Shown here: positions 18,886-29,742 of the stretch, in pieces
Numbering within the stretch: position 1 is the first letter of the stretch
Layout of the letters: every line of letters starts with the position of its first letter
Assembly (NCBI GenBank): GCA_000708835.1
Contig: DF237691.1
Coordinates: 1 to 38,368 of the forward strand
Direction: 5' to 3'
Source of the DNA: Klebsormidium nitens
Taxonomy: Eukaryota; Plantae; Klebsormidiophyceae
Length of the DNA: 38,368 bases
Notes under the pieces: generated by a model
Told to the model about the DNA's origin: nothing
Databases searched by the model: none
The model's input: the letters and a program-made list of their open reading frames with translations, nothing else
Translations under genes and position numbers: made by a program

Positions 18886-21800
18886 ATGGCGAGTACATGG
18901 TTGCTTGCGAACGCCGAAGCTGGCTTCTCCTCGAAATGCCTCTCCATTCAAATTAATAATTGCAACCGTGATCAAGTAGGCAGCATTGTTAGGAAAAGGC
19001 AAATTGCTGCTGAGGGATTCGGGTTTAGTGCGAGGGCGTCAACATTCATACAAAGTTCTAGTCAGGGTCACAGACTTCGGTCCCTTCCACATGGACTCGG
19101 TGTCGAAACGGGGAGAAAGTTTGGCACAAGCTTCGCTTCACAGTCATGCAGATGCCGATTGCCGCAGATATCATGCTCAGGTACAACGAGGTTAGAGTGC
19201 GAACGAGGGAAGTGGGAGTATGGAAGTTTCAGTCGGAGTGGCCTCGTGGGAAGAACATGTCGGTTGCAGAGCAAAAGGGATCATCATACGCGGGCAAAGG
19301 CGTCCAAAGAACAGTGGACGCTAGACCAGTCACCGTATGAGACATTAGGTATGCAACTTTCCTGATCTTCCTGCTTCTTGTTGCTGTTGTCTCTTTTCGA
19401 AGACTTTCGTCTAAGAGCTGGAGAATACTTATCTCCTTTAATACAGACATACTGCCCCGACTCTGTACTGATATGCGTCTTGAAGCGAAGGTTCTATGCT
19501 TCGAAGCCACACTGGCACCAAGCATCCAAAGCTTGATGACGAAGGCCAGTTTCTAGACCCCTGTTATTCCAATTATTTTAGGGAAGTGGTTCAAATCAAC
19601 ATCCTGATTCAAGCAGCCAGACACTCGTATTGAGTGCTCGAGGCCACCTTGGAAAAGGGTCCCAGAGCGTCAATTTCCCCCTTCGCAGAAGTATCTGGGC
19701 AGGTGTGGTAGAGAGTATGAGTCATCCTCCAAACGCTGATCACTTCGTTAACTAACCTACTGATTCGCTTAATGTGTCCGTGACAGGGGTGCAAGGGGAC
19801 GTCTCAGAAGAGGGCATTAAAACCGCGTACCGGAACCTCGTGAAAATCTACCACCCGGATGGTAAGCCCCGCCAGTTGATAGGCCCCCACAAAAGATCTT
19901 CTTGCATGCGTGCACTGACTCAGGACGCTGCAAAAAGGTCAGCTCTGGACCATGGCTGGTTGCCCTGTCTTACGACAGACTTTAGGGAGTGGACGCGCGG
20001 GGTTCGGTGGGGCCAATTTGTGCCACGACAATAATACATGGAGTCTGGGGCACTTGTCATATTCAAACATTTGAGGAGGTTCCTGAGGTTCTCTGCACTC
20101 ACATGATCAGACAAGGTATGAGAACCAGTGCATGGAGCGCGCTGCGCAGATGACCGGGATGTAGGTGACAGTTCATGTTCGGTGGAAGCAAGCCGTGTGC
20201 TTAAAACGAGAAGGTAGGTGTTGGATCCTTTATCGGTCGATATGGATCCTCATGTCTTCCCCGACCGGGCGTTTCTGCAGTCTACCAGGGCACTGAAGAC
20301 GGGGAGCCCGCTGGTGCCCGCTTCATCCGCATCCAGGCCGCTTACGAGCTGCTTATGGACCGGGAGGCGCGGGGCAACTATGACCGGGATCACAAACGGA
20401 ACCCCTTCATGGTGAGCGGTGATGATGGCAAAGGCTTCTTGACAATCTGATATAACAGCAAAATGCATGGGCTGTTCCAGTGTAGATTCTTTAAGATTTT
20501 GCGTTCCTCATTGCCGGGGCTGTTTCGTATGTACTGATTACTCTGTGCTTGCTCTCATCGACCCAAGTATGGCTGACTTGAGTCTGCCAATCGCTTACTG
20601 AGTAGTATGCCCGATACCTTTTCACTTTATTTTTTCCCAAGGGAAGGGGTGTGAGTTGCGAAGCAAGTCTCAATGGGTTCGCGGTCTTGGAGGGTTTGTT
20701 ACGCTTTGAATGGTCCAAGGTTGTTTGCCAATTCTTCCAAGACTCATCGATATCCCCCAAAGGCCCCACTCTGGTCGACTCGACCATGTGAGTTGCCCCC
20801 ATACTGATGCAGGCGAACGAGCTGTAGCAGGTAATGAGACTCGCGCAAGAATGGCCTCGTAATCAGTGTTTACCACGAAATTGTTGGAATGCCGGTTTTC
20901 AAACCGACTACTAGAATGGTAGCCGGTTTTACAAAGGTGCCGGGCGGTTTGTAGCCCCCATTGCCTGTAGAGAGGCGCATTTCAGCCAGTTTTGCGGACC
21001 GACTGGTCCGCAGTCGGTTGGTTACTGCTGAAATCGGTCAGTCACCTTTCGCTTGGAAGTCGGTTCGTGGTAAAACATGCTAATTTGTAACCCTCAATCC
21101 CCCAGCTTCTTAGCAACGTCGAAATCGTTACAATCGTAAGCATCTCTATCGTTGCAGGCGAGTGAGGCGTGGCAGGCGTACGTGGCGCGCAAGAAGAAGG
21201 CGTTCGAGCAGCGGGGTGACGTGGCAGCCACCGCGTGGGCCGAGGTGCAGCGGCACGAGATGCAGGTCAAGGCGCGCCAAATGGCCAAGCAAAAGGTGCG
21301 GAGCGACATTTTTGGAAGCTTTCGAGAACGTAGACTCAGAGTGCTGATAGGTCGACGTGGTTCAAAAGTGTTGAAAGCGGAGGTCGTAAGGAGAACATGG
21401 TCCAGAGTCTGAAAAGGTGGACATACTGAGGAGAACGCGCTTCGAAGTTGTTCGTCTTGGGAACCGGAAGGTGAATGTTGTTCGGGGTTGCTGGAAATTG
21501 CGGGCTTCAAGTGTGGCGGGATTCTAACTTGGTTCGGAGGTGCCGGAAGCTGGAGTTTGCAAGGAGGTGATTCGGAGGTGTTGAAAGTTGGAAGGGCGCT
21601 GCGTTATGTGAAGAAGAGCGGCTTGTGCCCTGTAGTTGCGGGCTTCTTGATTGCTTGACGTTGATTCCGTAGAGGGGTGCCAGATGTTGAAACGGACTTT
21701 CTGGCTCGTGACGTCTAACTAGCTGTTCCTGGACTCGTGGGCTTAAGGAGGAGTACATGTGATCGCCTTCGATCCTTTGACAAGGCTAAAGATTAGTCGA

Positions 21801-23166
21801 GCCTGACATCCGAAGATAAGTGTCAGAAGGCTTTTTCATCTTTGAAAAGGGTTGGCTTTCGTAGGTACTTCTGGCGGCTTCACTGACTGGAAAGATCTGC
21901 TGTCGATTTCCATCATTTTCTCAGGATCACTTGATTCTGGCGAGTACTGGATCGCTGAATCTTGTACAATCAAACCGTTCTCGAAGTTAAGGGGGTTTGC
22001 CAGATTCATCAAAGTGATGGACTCTTATAGATTTTACATTGTTGTTTTCCCACTAATTTCAGATGCACCCCAAACAGGAGCGGCGGCTAGTGGCTGAAAG
22101 ATAAAGGGGGAAAAACTTTATCCGAGACCCTATTGAAAGCTCTTAACCCTCCTCAACGTCAAACCTCTGTACCCTTTCTGAACCCGAAAGGGAGTATCGA
22201 TTGTGTAGCAATACATTCAAATGTAGGATGAGCCGTTTGACACACAATATGCTCGTTGACTTATAGCTTATTAGAACGCCCTAACCCTCGTCTGCAAAAA
22301 ATGGTATCCGTAACCCGTTACTGTGGCACGCTCAGATGGATCCCGAGGAGGAGCGGCGGTTAGTTGCCAATGAGGTGCAGCTGAAGGCGGAGCTGTTAGC
22401 GACCTCAAACTTCGCTTCACATTTCGGAGCCCACGCTTTCTCGTCACCCTGATCCCAAATCGGCAAACTCCCTTTTTCTGGATGCCAAAAATCTGCTCAG
22501 TCCAATATCCTAGATGCGCTTCACTTCCAGAGCGTCTCGGAGCCCACGCTTCTCGAACCTTAACCCTTCTCTTAACCCCAAAGCGGGGATTTACCCGTAG
22601 TGGAACGTAATGATTCCGAATAAATAAATAATTATTTGCCGTCGGAAAGTTAGAAACTCATTTTTGGGTTCGGAAAGTGGATTTTTGCATTCTAAAAATA
22701 ATTGCTCAAGGGCGTTCGGATTCAAAAAAAGTACAACCGGTCGGTAGAAAACAAACAAATGTGGGGCAGAAAAGCGCTCGGGGGACGATTCCGGCCCAAT
22801 TCGGATTTGGGGTCGTATTTAAGAAATTAATTGAGAAGCTGAGGTCGTATTCGATAAAATAATTGTAATTTTTGACCATTCGGAATCATTACGTTCCACT
22901 ACGGTACTTTCTCGAAAAATCGAGAATCTGATCGTCCTGATATCCTATGATCGTGAAACCCTCAGATGGACCCCGAGGAGGAGCGGCGGTTAGTTGCCAA
23001 GGAGGTGCAGTTAAAGGCGGAGCTGTTCGACCGCACGAGCAAGCGGCACATGCTGGTGCTCAAGAAGCGGGACCTGGCCAAGCGGCGCGCGGGGGAGGAC
23101 GAGAAGAAGCTGCTCGTGCAGAAACTACTCCTCGAGGAGGGCTTCGAGCTGGCGGACGAGGACTGA
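18886..23166 (+). CDS. DJC65: Chloroplast-type J-domain co-chaperone (DJC65/At1g77930-like), 335 aa
   Basis: Exons 18886-19348, 19787-19861, 20281-20411, 21158-21295, 22966-23166; 1008 nt, in frame. J-domain SPYETL|GVQ...AYRNLVKIYHPD|VY...FIRIQAAYELLMD, then ASEAW...KKKAFEQRGD..AW and DPEEERR...KRHMLVLKKRD, matching my recollection of the plant DJC65 family. The S/R-rich N-terminus resembles a transit peptide. The symbol rests on recall, not a search. Confidence 0.85.
20867..21077. repeat. About 210-bp segment bounded by short inverted repeats, possibly a decayed MITE
   Basis: TGTTTACCACGAA (20867-20879) versus TTCGTGGTAAAACA (21064-21077). Internal hairpin GCGGACC-gact-GGTCCGC. Confidence 0.4.
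22331..22397 (+). repeat. Intronic partial duplicate of the 5' part of the DnaJ last exon, including its acceptor
   Basis: ctcag|ATGGATCCCGAGGAGGAGCGGCGGTTAGTTGCCAATGAGGTGCAGCTGAAGGCGGAGCTGTT differs from 22961-23027 at 4 of 67 positions. Confidence 0.9.
22595..22904. mobile_element. 310-bp MITE in DnaJ intron 4
   Basis: Perfect 27-bp TIR CCGTAGTGGAACGTAATGATTCCGAAT (22595-22621 and 22878-22904). AT-rich interior. Flanked by TAC/TAC, or by TA if one terminal base was lost; superfamily unresolved. Confidence 0.9.
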
Positions 23167-25356
23167 CCTTTTCGGGGGGTCCGAAATTCTAGGAGAAGGG
23201 GGGAAGGGGTGGGAGAGGCATGTTGCGGATTGGAAGTGCTTAGGGAACGGTGCTGCTCGTGGGGAGCTTTGAGTTGGAGGACTGACGCCTCTCAGGGGGC
23301 TGCGGTTTGAATGGGAAGGTGGGGGGTGGAAAGGGTGAACGGAAGCATTTGATTGTAGTGTTTCGGTTGACAAGAGTGCTGTCCAAGGAGGGCGTCGAGC
23401 TGGAGGACAAGGATAGCCGCCCTCGGGGGGGTGGCCTTTTCACTTGGTTGACGGGAGGGGGGGGAGAGGGGCAAAAGGACGTGTTGGGGATTGCATGAAG
23501 ATTCGGATGTGATGGGTTCAACACTTGTACTTCGAGGAAGCTTCCGAGCTGTATGACAAATGCTGACGGGTCAGGAGCGTGCGTTTTGCTAGGGGCAAAA
23601 GGCGGGGGACGGAGGGGCGTGTACTGAAGTGGGCGCTGGAGAGCGGTTCAATGATGCTTCTTCGAGGAGGGTCTCGAAGGCGGGGACGACGATTGTGTCG
23701 TCCAAGAGGTTGTTCCATTTCGTCGGAAGGAGGCGCGCCGTCAGTGTTGCTAAAATTCGGGTGCGAGGGAGTGAGGCATTTAAATTTCTAGCGCAAGCGA
23801 GACCGTAATCAAAAGCGGGCGGGCGCTGCTTTCTAGTGTCAATCTGAACGCATCAGAGGGGGATTGCGACAAGTCGAGACGGTCTCGAAGTGCACGGATG
23901 TTTGGCGCGGGGTTGAGGACCTTTTGAAAGGACCGGCCGTCTGCGGCGGAGACTGAGAGCCCGGAACGGAGTTCGTTCCGTGGGGAACGGGTCCGGGGCT
24001 GGAAGCGCGAGCTGCGACAACGAAGCCTGAGTCGGGGAGCCTCGGCTCAACCTGTATGGCTTCGACTGTGTGGCTTTACGCCGTACGGAGGCTAGGGGGA
24101 GAATCCAAGCCGGATATGCGAGGTGGAAGGTGTGTTGCGACGGAGAAGATTTGATGCTTGCGTTGGGCTGGTTGCGGGTAGGCACCACGCACCCGGACTG
24201 GTCGTCTCGCCAGTGTATTTTGATAAGTCTGATGCTGGGATCATGGCGGAGCTGCACTGGCGTGCTTCACTTGGCGAGCAGCGAGACGGTAGCCCACTTG
24301 TGAGTGTGCGCTTCATTAACATTCTGAAAAGAGGTGGGTGTTGCACAACAGAAAACGGCAGACGGCTTCGCTCGCTGTCAATATGAAAAAGCCGCAGGTA
24401 TTGCTACGACACAGTTGGTGACAAGACTGTAAGTAAATGCTCGCAGATTTTTGAACTATGATGTCAATTGATGTTGAAATGCACATCACCTAAACTCTTG
24501 GGGAACAGGCCGGCGCCGCCGCTGTACTAGGTTGCAGAAAACGCAGTGAAGCCTTCTTTTGACCATAATACATTTATTGAATTGCACTCCGACGCTCAGC
24601 TCATTAAGTCAGTAATTGCAGATGATTGGTGATGTAGTATCTTCAAATCATGTAAGTTGACCATGCTCCATGCGTGCATGCATACAGAGTTCCCATGCAT
24701 CGTCCGCGCACTGGCAGCGGCAAGCAAAATTCAAGTTTTGTTTGCATGATTGATGCTATATTTAAATAACTTTGAACCATAAGAGCTGTCCAATGTGCAT
24801 GTTCCTGAGAAACGTTTCGAAAGAACTTGCCCAGACATGACATCATGCTATGTTTGTGGCCCGGCCCGCTGCAAAATAAACGATTCCGATGCAGTCTATA
24901 TCCGGCCGGCCGGCCACGGGCATGCAAGTCGCATATGCATGGTAAAATGTGAGTTTCTTGGGCCGCCCAGGCGGGCAGTGCTGCACATGGTGCCAGGATC
25001 TGTAGTAGCTAGGCGCCAAGTAGCATGGCAGGCAGGCTGCGACCGTCGAAAGGATGCAATTTTAGCAAAAATCAGATCTAGGACAAAAGTGAATGCCCGT
25101 AGGCATCCAGTCATGCACGGTTCTAGCTGATCGTGCACAGGTCGTTTCCAAGCTGTTTGAAGCCTCGGCCACTGGCTAAGAGTCAAACAATCTGCAACTG
25201 TAGGTTGCGAGCTGCCTGCGATTAGATTCTAATTGTGAGAAGGTTAAATGGACAAACACTGGTGCTTCTGGCGCTGTACCTGATCTCGGACATCAAACCT
25301 CGATAACAGCGGCCCACACGCTCACATCGTGGCAAGCACTTTCAGACGAACGAACC

Positions 25357-26415
25357 TCATGTGAGCTGATGGGAGACTACGGCACTCTTCTGCCGCAGCT
25401 GTCTTGGAACGAAGACCTCACTCCGTCCCGCGGCCTTTTCATCCACGGCTGCATCCTCTAGCTTCGGCGCTTTGTTCAGTCGCACCCGCGCCAGCCACGG
25501 CGTCGCGCCGCAGCTGCCATCAGCCAGCAAATTCTCCGGCTCCTCTCCCCGCCGCTTATGCGAGTTAGAGCCGGGCGACAGAAGCGACTCCGGAGCGGGC
25601 TCCCTCGCACCACCCAGAACCGGCCACTCGCTTATGTCCAGAGCCGGGGGCCTATAGTCCGCCAACAGCTGGGCGCCAAACCGCTTGAGCCCGTCCGCCT
25701 CTCCGTTGCCTTCCGTCTCCATCACCCGCTTTGCCAAATCCTCATTCAAGTTGACCCCGTCTTGTGACTTCCCCCCGCTTGCCCGATCCAAATCAAACCT
25801 TTCCACAGAACCCCCTCTTTTCGCAGTCCCTGACTCGGCGGCTCCGGGGAGTACCCTTCCGCTGCCTTCAGCACGCTCCTCCCTGTTTGCCCGCCCTTGC
25901 TGAACGCCCTCTCTCGCTTGGCCCCTCCCGCTGCTCTTAGAACCGTCCACTCCGACGTTTCCGTCGCCTGATGGCTGACACGTGGCACGTAGCCTGCCCC
26001 TCAAGCCCGTACTTGATTGTGGTCCAATGCTCTCCCGTGTCGAAGTGCGCCCTCTTCCCATGGAGTTCATCAAAGCCGCCCTGGCCGCCAGCGCTCTAGG
26101 GGGCAGAACCGCCTCCCAGTTCGTCCCCCCGGTTTGTGAATCCGACTTGCTGGAAGGCAAATCGCTGCCTATGCGACCCCTGGCTCCCTCGTTCTCTTTC
26201 CCCTCGAAGTCCGGCCTGCTGAACCGCCCCCTACTCCGGCTTGTACTTCTCGAACTTTCCGCGCTCTGTAATTTTTCCAGCGTTATGTGGTCGGCGAACC
26301 GAACGGGTTTGGGGCGGAGCGAAGGTTTGAGGTTTGCAAGCGCGCGGTTTGCGACGGAGGGGTCTAGGTGGAAGATGCCCTGCCAGCCGCGCATCCGCAC
26401 GGGAGCCTCTAGCAG
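25357..26415 (-). CDS. Alternative distal terminal exon B of the ASCH gene (long isoform, 471 aa in total)
   Basis: Acceptor ccctgcag at 26416, phase 0. Starts LLEAPVRMRGWQGIFHLDPSVANRALANL, which completes the ASCH domain, followed by about 300 aa of S/R/G/E-rich low-complexity sequence. Further splicing near the 3' end cannot be excluded. Confidence 0.7.
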   Translation of the reverse strand: MLEAPVRMRGWQGIFHLDPSVANRALANLKPSLRPKPVRFADHITLEKLQSAESSRSTSRSRGRFSRPDFEGKENEGARGRIGSDLPSSKSDSQTGGTNWEAVLPPRALAARAALMNSMGRGRTSTRESIGPQSSTGLRGRLRATCQPSGDGNVGVDGSKSSGRGQAREGVQQGRANREERAEGSGRVLPGAAESGTAKRGGSVERFDLDRASGGKSQDGVNLNEDLAKRVMETEGNGEADGLKRFGAQLLADYRPPALDISEWPVLGGAREPAPESLLSPGSNSHKRRGEEPENLLADGSCGATPWLARVRLNKAPKLEDAAVDEKAAGRSEVFVPRQLRQKSAVVSHQLT

Positions 26416-26528
26416 CTGCAGGGTGCAAACGGAGAAGCTTCAAACTTGTCCGTACCTAGTTCTTCCTCTTTCGTTCGTTCTCACGGGGGCTGACAAGAGC
26501 GCCTGTGCAATCAGCGCTCCCCCTGCAA

Positions 26529-28594
26529 CTACGAGCTGGCTTTCTTGCCTCCCTTCGCCTTTCCCTTTGCGACTTCACCCTGGTTTGAAGATAAGTCTTT
26601 GACGTGATCAGAGAATTTGACGGGATTTGGGCCTAAGGCGGATCGGAGACCACGGACGGCTGCCGAGGCGACCTTCTTCTCGAGCTTGTAGATGCCCTGC
26701 GCGCCACTCATCTGGAAAGGGACCACCATGCGCTGCAAAGTGGGGGGAAATCGAGCGAGGAATCTTTAGATGCCCAGAGCATGGCTTGGAATATTGAGAT
26801 AAGTAAAAGAAGTGTTCAGTGATGGCCAACTGGTTCGAATTCGTTGTTCTCTTCTGCTTCTCCGTCATGATAGAATCTCTGCAGGAACCGCCTGGAATGA
26901 GAGAGAGGAGGAACGAGAAAGCGTTGTTGCTGAAGAAGGTTCCGAGTGGTCGAGGCATCCAACAAAATGAGGGCCCCAAAGATTGCACGGACGTCAAAAC
27001 AGACAAAAGTTCGAACGGAAGATTTCCCTGCATGCAGAGAATCAATTTCTAACTCCTCACTCCAGTTGTGGCAGTGAAACCCAGACCCAAACCCACTTTA
27101 TCTGAAGGGACGGACTTCCGCTGACTCAACTGTCTTTGATGAGAAAGCGAGAAAAACGACAAAGAGAGCTGAAGCTGGTCTCCATGGAAGGCAAGGAAGG
27201 GAGAGCAAGGCGTGACGGCATATTCTATGACATAGACGGCCAGTGAAGCCATGGCAGACGAAAATAGTTGTAAAGAGCGAATCTTTTGAAACCTGTGTGC
27301 GCAAAGAATGACGGGGCTGACAGTTATAACCACCATGTGTGCAGATTCTGGCAGAGTCAGAATCTAAAAGTTCCATAAGCCATTTGAGTAACTCTGGCAG
27401 CCAAGTGGGCTACAGAGGCATTGGATTCTGAGGTCATGGAGAATCTAACTGAAGCTACCCTCACCTGAGCATTCTCGCAGAGGAAGCCGTACTCTGACAT
27501 CAGCTCAAGTTTGATGGAGTCGGGAAGCGAGTGGACTTGGCTGAGATCCTCTCTACTCAAGCATCCTACGACCTCAACACAGCCTGCACGTTGAGAAGAG
27601 GACTGAGATCATTCCAGTGAATCTAAGAAGGAAAATTTTGTGCTTTCACTTTAACACACGAAGTCACTTCTTAAGCAGTCTCAACCTTAATGACCACATC
27701 ATAGACCAGATTTGAAACCAGCAGGAAAACAGTCAGCATGATGTCCATGACTTGCCAAAGTCATAGCTTTGACTGGCTTGTCAAAGCAAGCAACATCCAA
27801 TCAGATGAAAAAGTTGATAGCTGAGCAGACCTCATCGCCTGCAGTACGACAAATGAAAGGGTGCTTCTTTTTCTGAAAACAGGCTGCACTGCACGTCAAA
27901 CAAAGAACTTTTGGACAATCATGTTGCAAAGGGGGAACTCTTTGAGCATCTCACCGAGCAGAACGGAGGTCGGGTAGTGCTCAGGAAACTTCACTTCAGT
28001 AACACCCTCTGCAGCATAGATATCTCGGTACAGCTCCTCCACAGCGTCAACCCCGTCAGGAGTTTTGGATGCAGCGTGTATCCACAGCCGTCCTGCATCC
28101 CAGTACTAAGTTGATCAGCCTTCCCAAGAGTTGAAAAGCGTTCAGCCTTCTTAGCAGTGTGACGATGCCAGACTGCAGTCACCCCTGCTTCCCGGTGACT
28201 AACCAAAAGTGCAAAAACACCTTATAGGAAATAGTAAACCAAGCAAAAGGTGACTCCGGCAGTGTCTGAGCTTGGTCTCGGGGAGGGTGTCAGATGGTTG
28301 AAAAAGAATCTTCTACTTTTTTTATTCTACAAGCTTTTCAGATTACTTAACAATGCCAACAGTTTGCAAGCAGTGTGCAAGAGTCGATCTTAATGTTTCT
28401 GTGCCACAGCTTAGCTTCTGCCAGTTCTGGTCTTCATGAAGCTTTGTGATCTTTGAGCAATTGGCCTACTACATGACACATGGAACTTGCTCACCTTTGT
28501 GTTTGGTTGGCCAATTCCTTCCTTCGATGCGCTTGATGCCGTAGACAACTAACGAAGCCCAAGGCTGGTGAAGCGTCAAACAGAGCTCCTCCAT
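26529..28594 (-). CDS. ASCH (ASC-1 homology, PUA-like) domain protein, short isoform 186 aa
   Basis: Exons 28594-28495, 28092-27955, 27583-27465, 26732-26529. Reads MEELCLTLHQPWASLVVYGIKRIEGRNW..G|RLWIHAASK...FPEHYPTSVLLG|CVEVVGC...LCENAQ|RMVVPFQMSGAQGIYKLE, with the QPWA, EGR, RLWIHA and LLGCV motifs of the ASC-1/TRIP4-type ASCH family. Confidence 0.9.
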
Positions 28595-29742
28595 GTTTGC
28601 ACTGATCAGATCGACTTCTATCTACGCCGATTAAAATTCAAATTGCACCAAAGTTTGAATCAACCAGCATTCGATTGCTCAATTATAAACCGATCAGAGA
28701 ACCAGGCAACTAATTGTGGCTGTCGCTGCTTCAATCTTCAGAAGTCGTAAAGATGATTTCCATACAATTTCTCACAGCTGCTGAGCGGCGCACAAAGGTA
28801 CTCTGTACTTGCGTGTTTGCGCCCTCTGTCCCGGCAGCAGCCAGTTGTCTCCAGGACCAGAGTCCAGCCGCCTCCAGCGCCTTGCGCCTTCAAAGGACTC
28901 AAAAAACAAGATGAAGGTAGCCGCCTGAGCATGCTGTCAGTGTTACTGAGGTAGCCATTGGAAATTGCTTGAGCGGAAGCCCAGGGCTGGAAGGGCGGAA
29001 TAGCGCCGGACAAGCGGAGCAGATCTAGGCATGGGGAGCCCTCAGCCCGGAATGCTAACTTCTGCGTGGGGCAATCGATCATTGAATCTACGGTTGAGAT
29101 GCAGGCCCGCAGTAAGTTCGTTCATCCATTTCACGGACGGCACATGTATCGCTAAGTAGCCACGTGATCAAACTGTTCTCTCCCGTGAACATCGACGGTC
29201 CTTCTTGGGCTGAGCCGGTCAATCTGACCACTCAGAGCTCAGCGCAAATTTGGGAGGGGAATGTGAGCAGCACAAGCTGAGCACACGCCTCCTCATGGCG
29301 GCGCACAATGTCGCCACCAGGGCACAAGGGGGAAGGAGAGCGGGCTGGTGGCAGCTGCCCGCTTCTCCTTCCTGGCATATTTGCACCTGCCGAGGCTGTA
29401 GTTACTCTTCTTCCGCGTTTGCAGCATTTGCTTCTGTATGCCCCTCTCTGACTGCCAACATCCCCTTCCGTCAGCAGCACTTGGCAGGCCGCACCGCTCT
29501 GCTTCAGAGAGCTGCTCTGCAGCCGACAGTGGCTCCGGCTGACTCACAGCTCATACAGGCGGTCAGGCTTTGCTGCAGCTCGTTTCCAGCTCCTACTTGG
29601 TCGCCACATTGTCCCAGTTTAATAGCCCCACCATTCCTTTGCAGCTGGCGTCACCCTTGTCACTGTTAGTACTAGCACTAGTAGACACTTGACCAGCCAG
29701 CCACATTGCTGCAGCTTGAGGTGCCACTGGCAACAGTTCACC

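Noticed and set aside
23850-24400. GC-rich segment downstream of the DnaJ gene that might be a structured ncRNA
   Set aside because: No tRNA, snRNA, SRP or RNase P signature recognised; an Rfam/Infernal search would be needed.
25982-26602. 206-aa + strand ORF
   Set aside because: Antisense shadow of the GC-rich ASCH terminal exons; no independent motif.
17149-28594. NADAR and ASCH genes near each other, suggesting a nucleoside-damage module
   Set aside because: Eukaryotic locus with the genes about 8 kb apart and separated by an unrelated DnaJ gene; no shared regulatory feature seen.
28969-28995. FQPWAS peptide (14/15 nt match to the HQPWAS codons of ASCH exon 1) in ORF 28738-29082
   Set aside because: Similarity does not extend beyond 15 nt; probably chance, though a relic of a duplicated exon 1 cannot be fully excluded.
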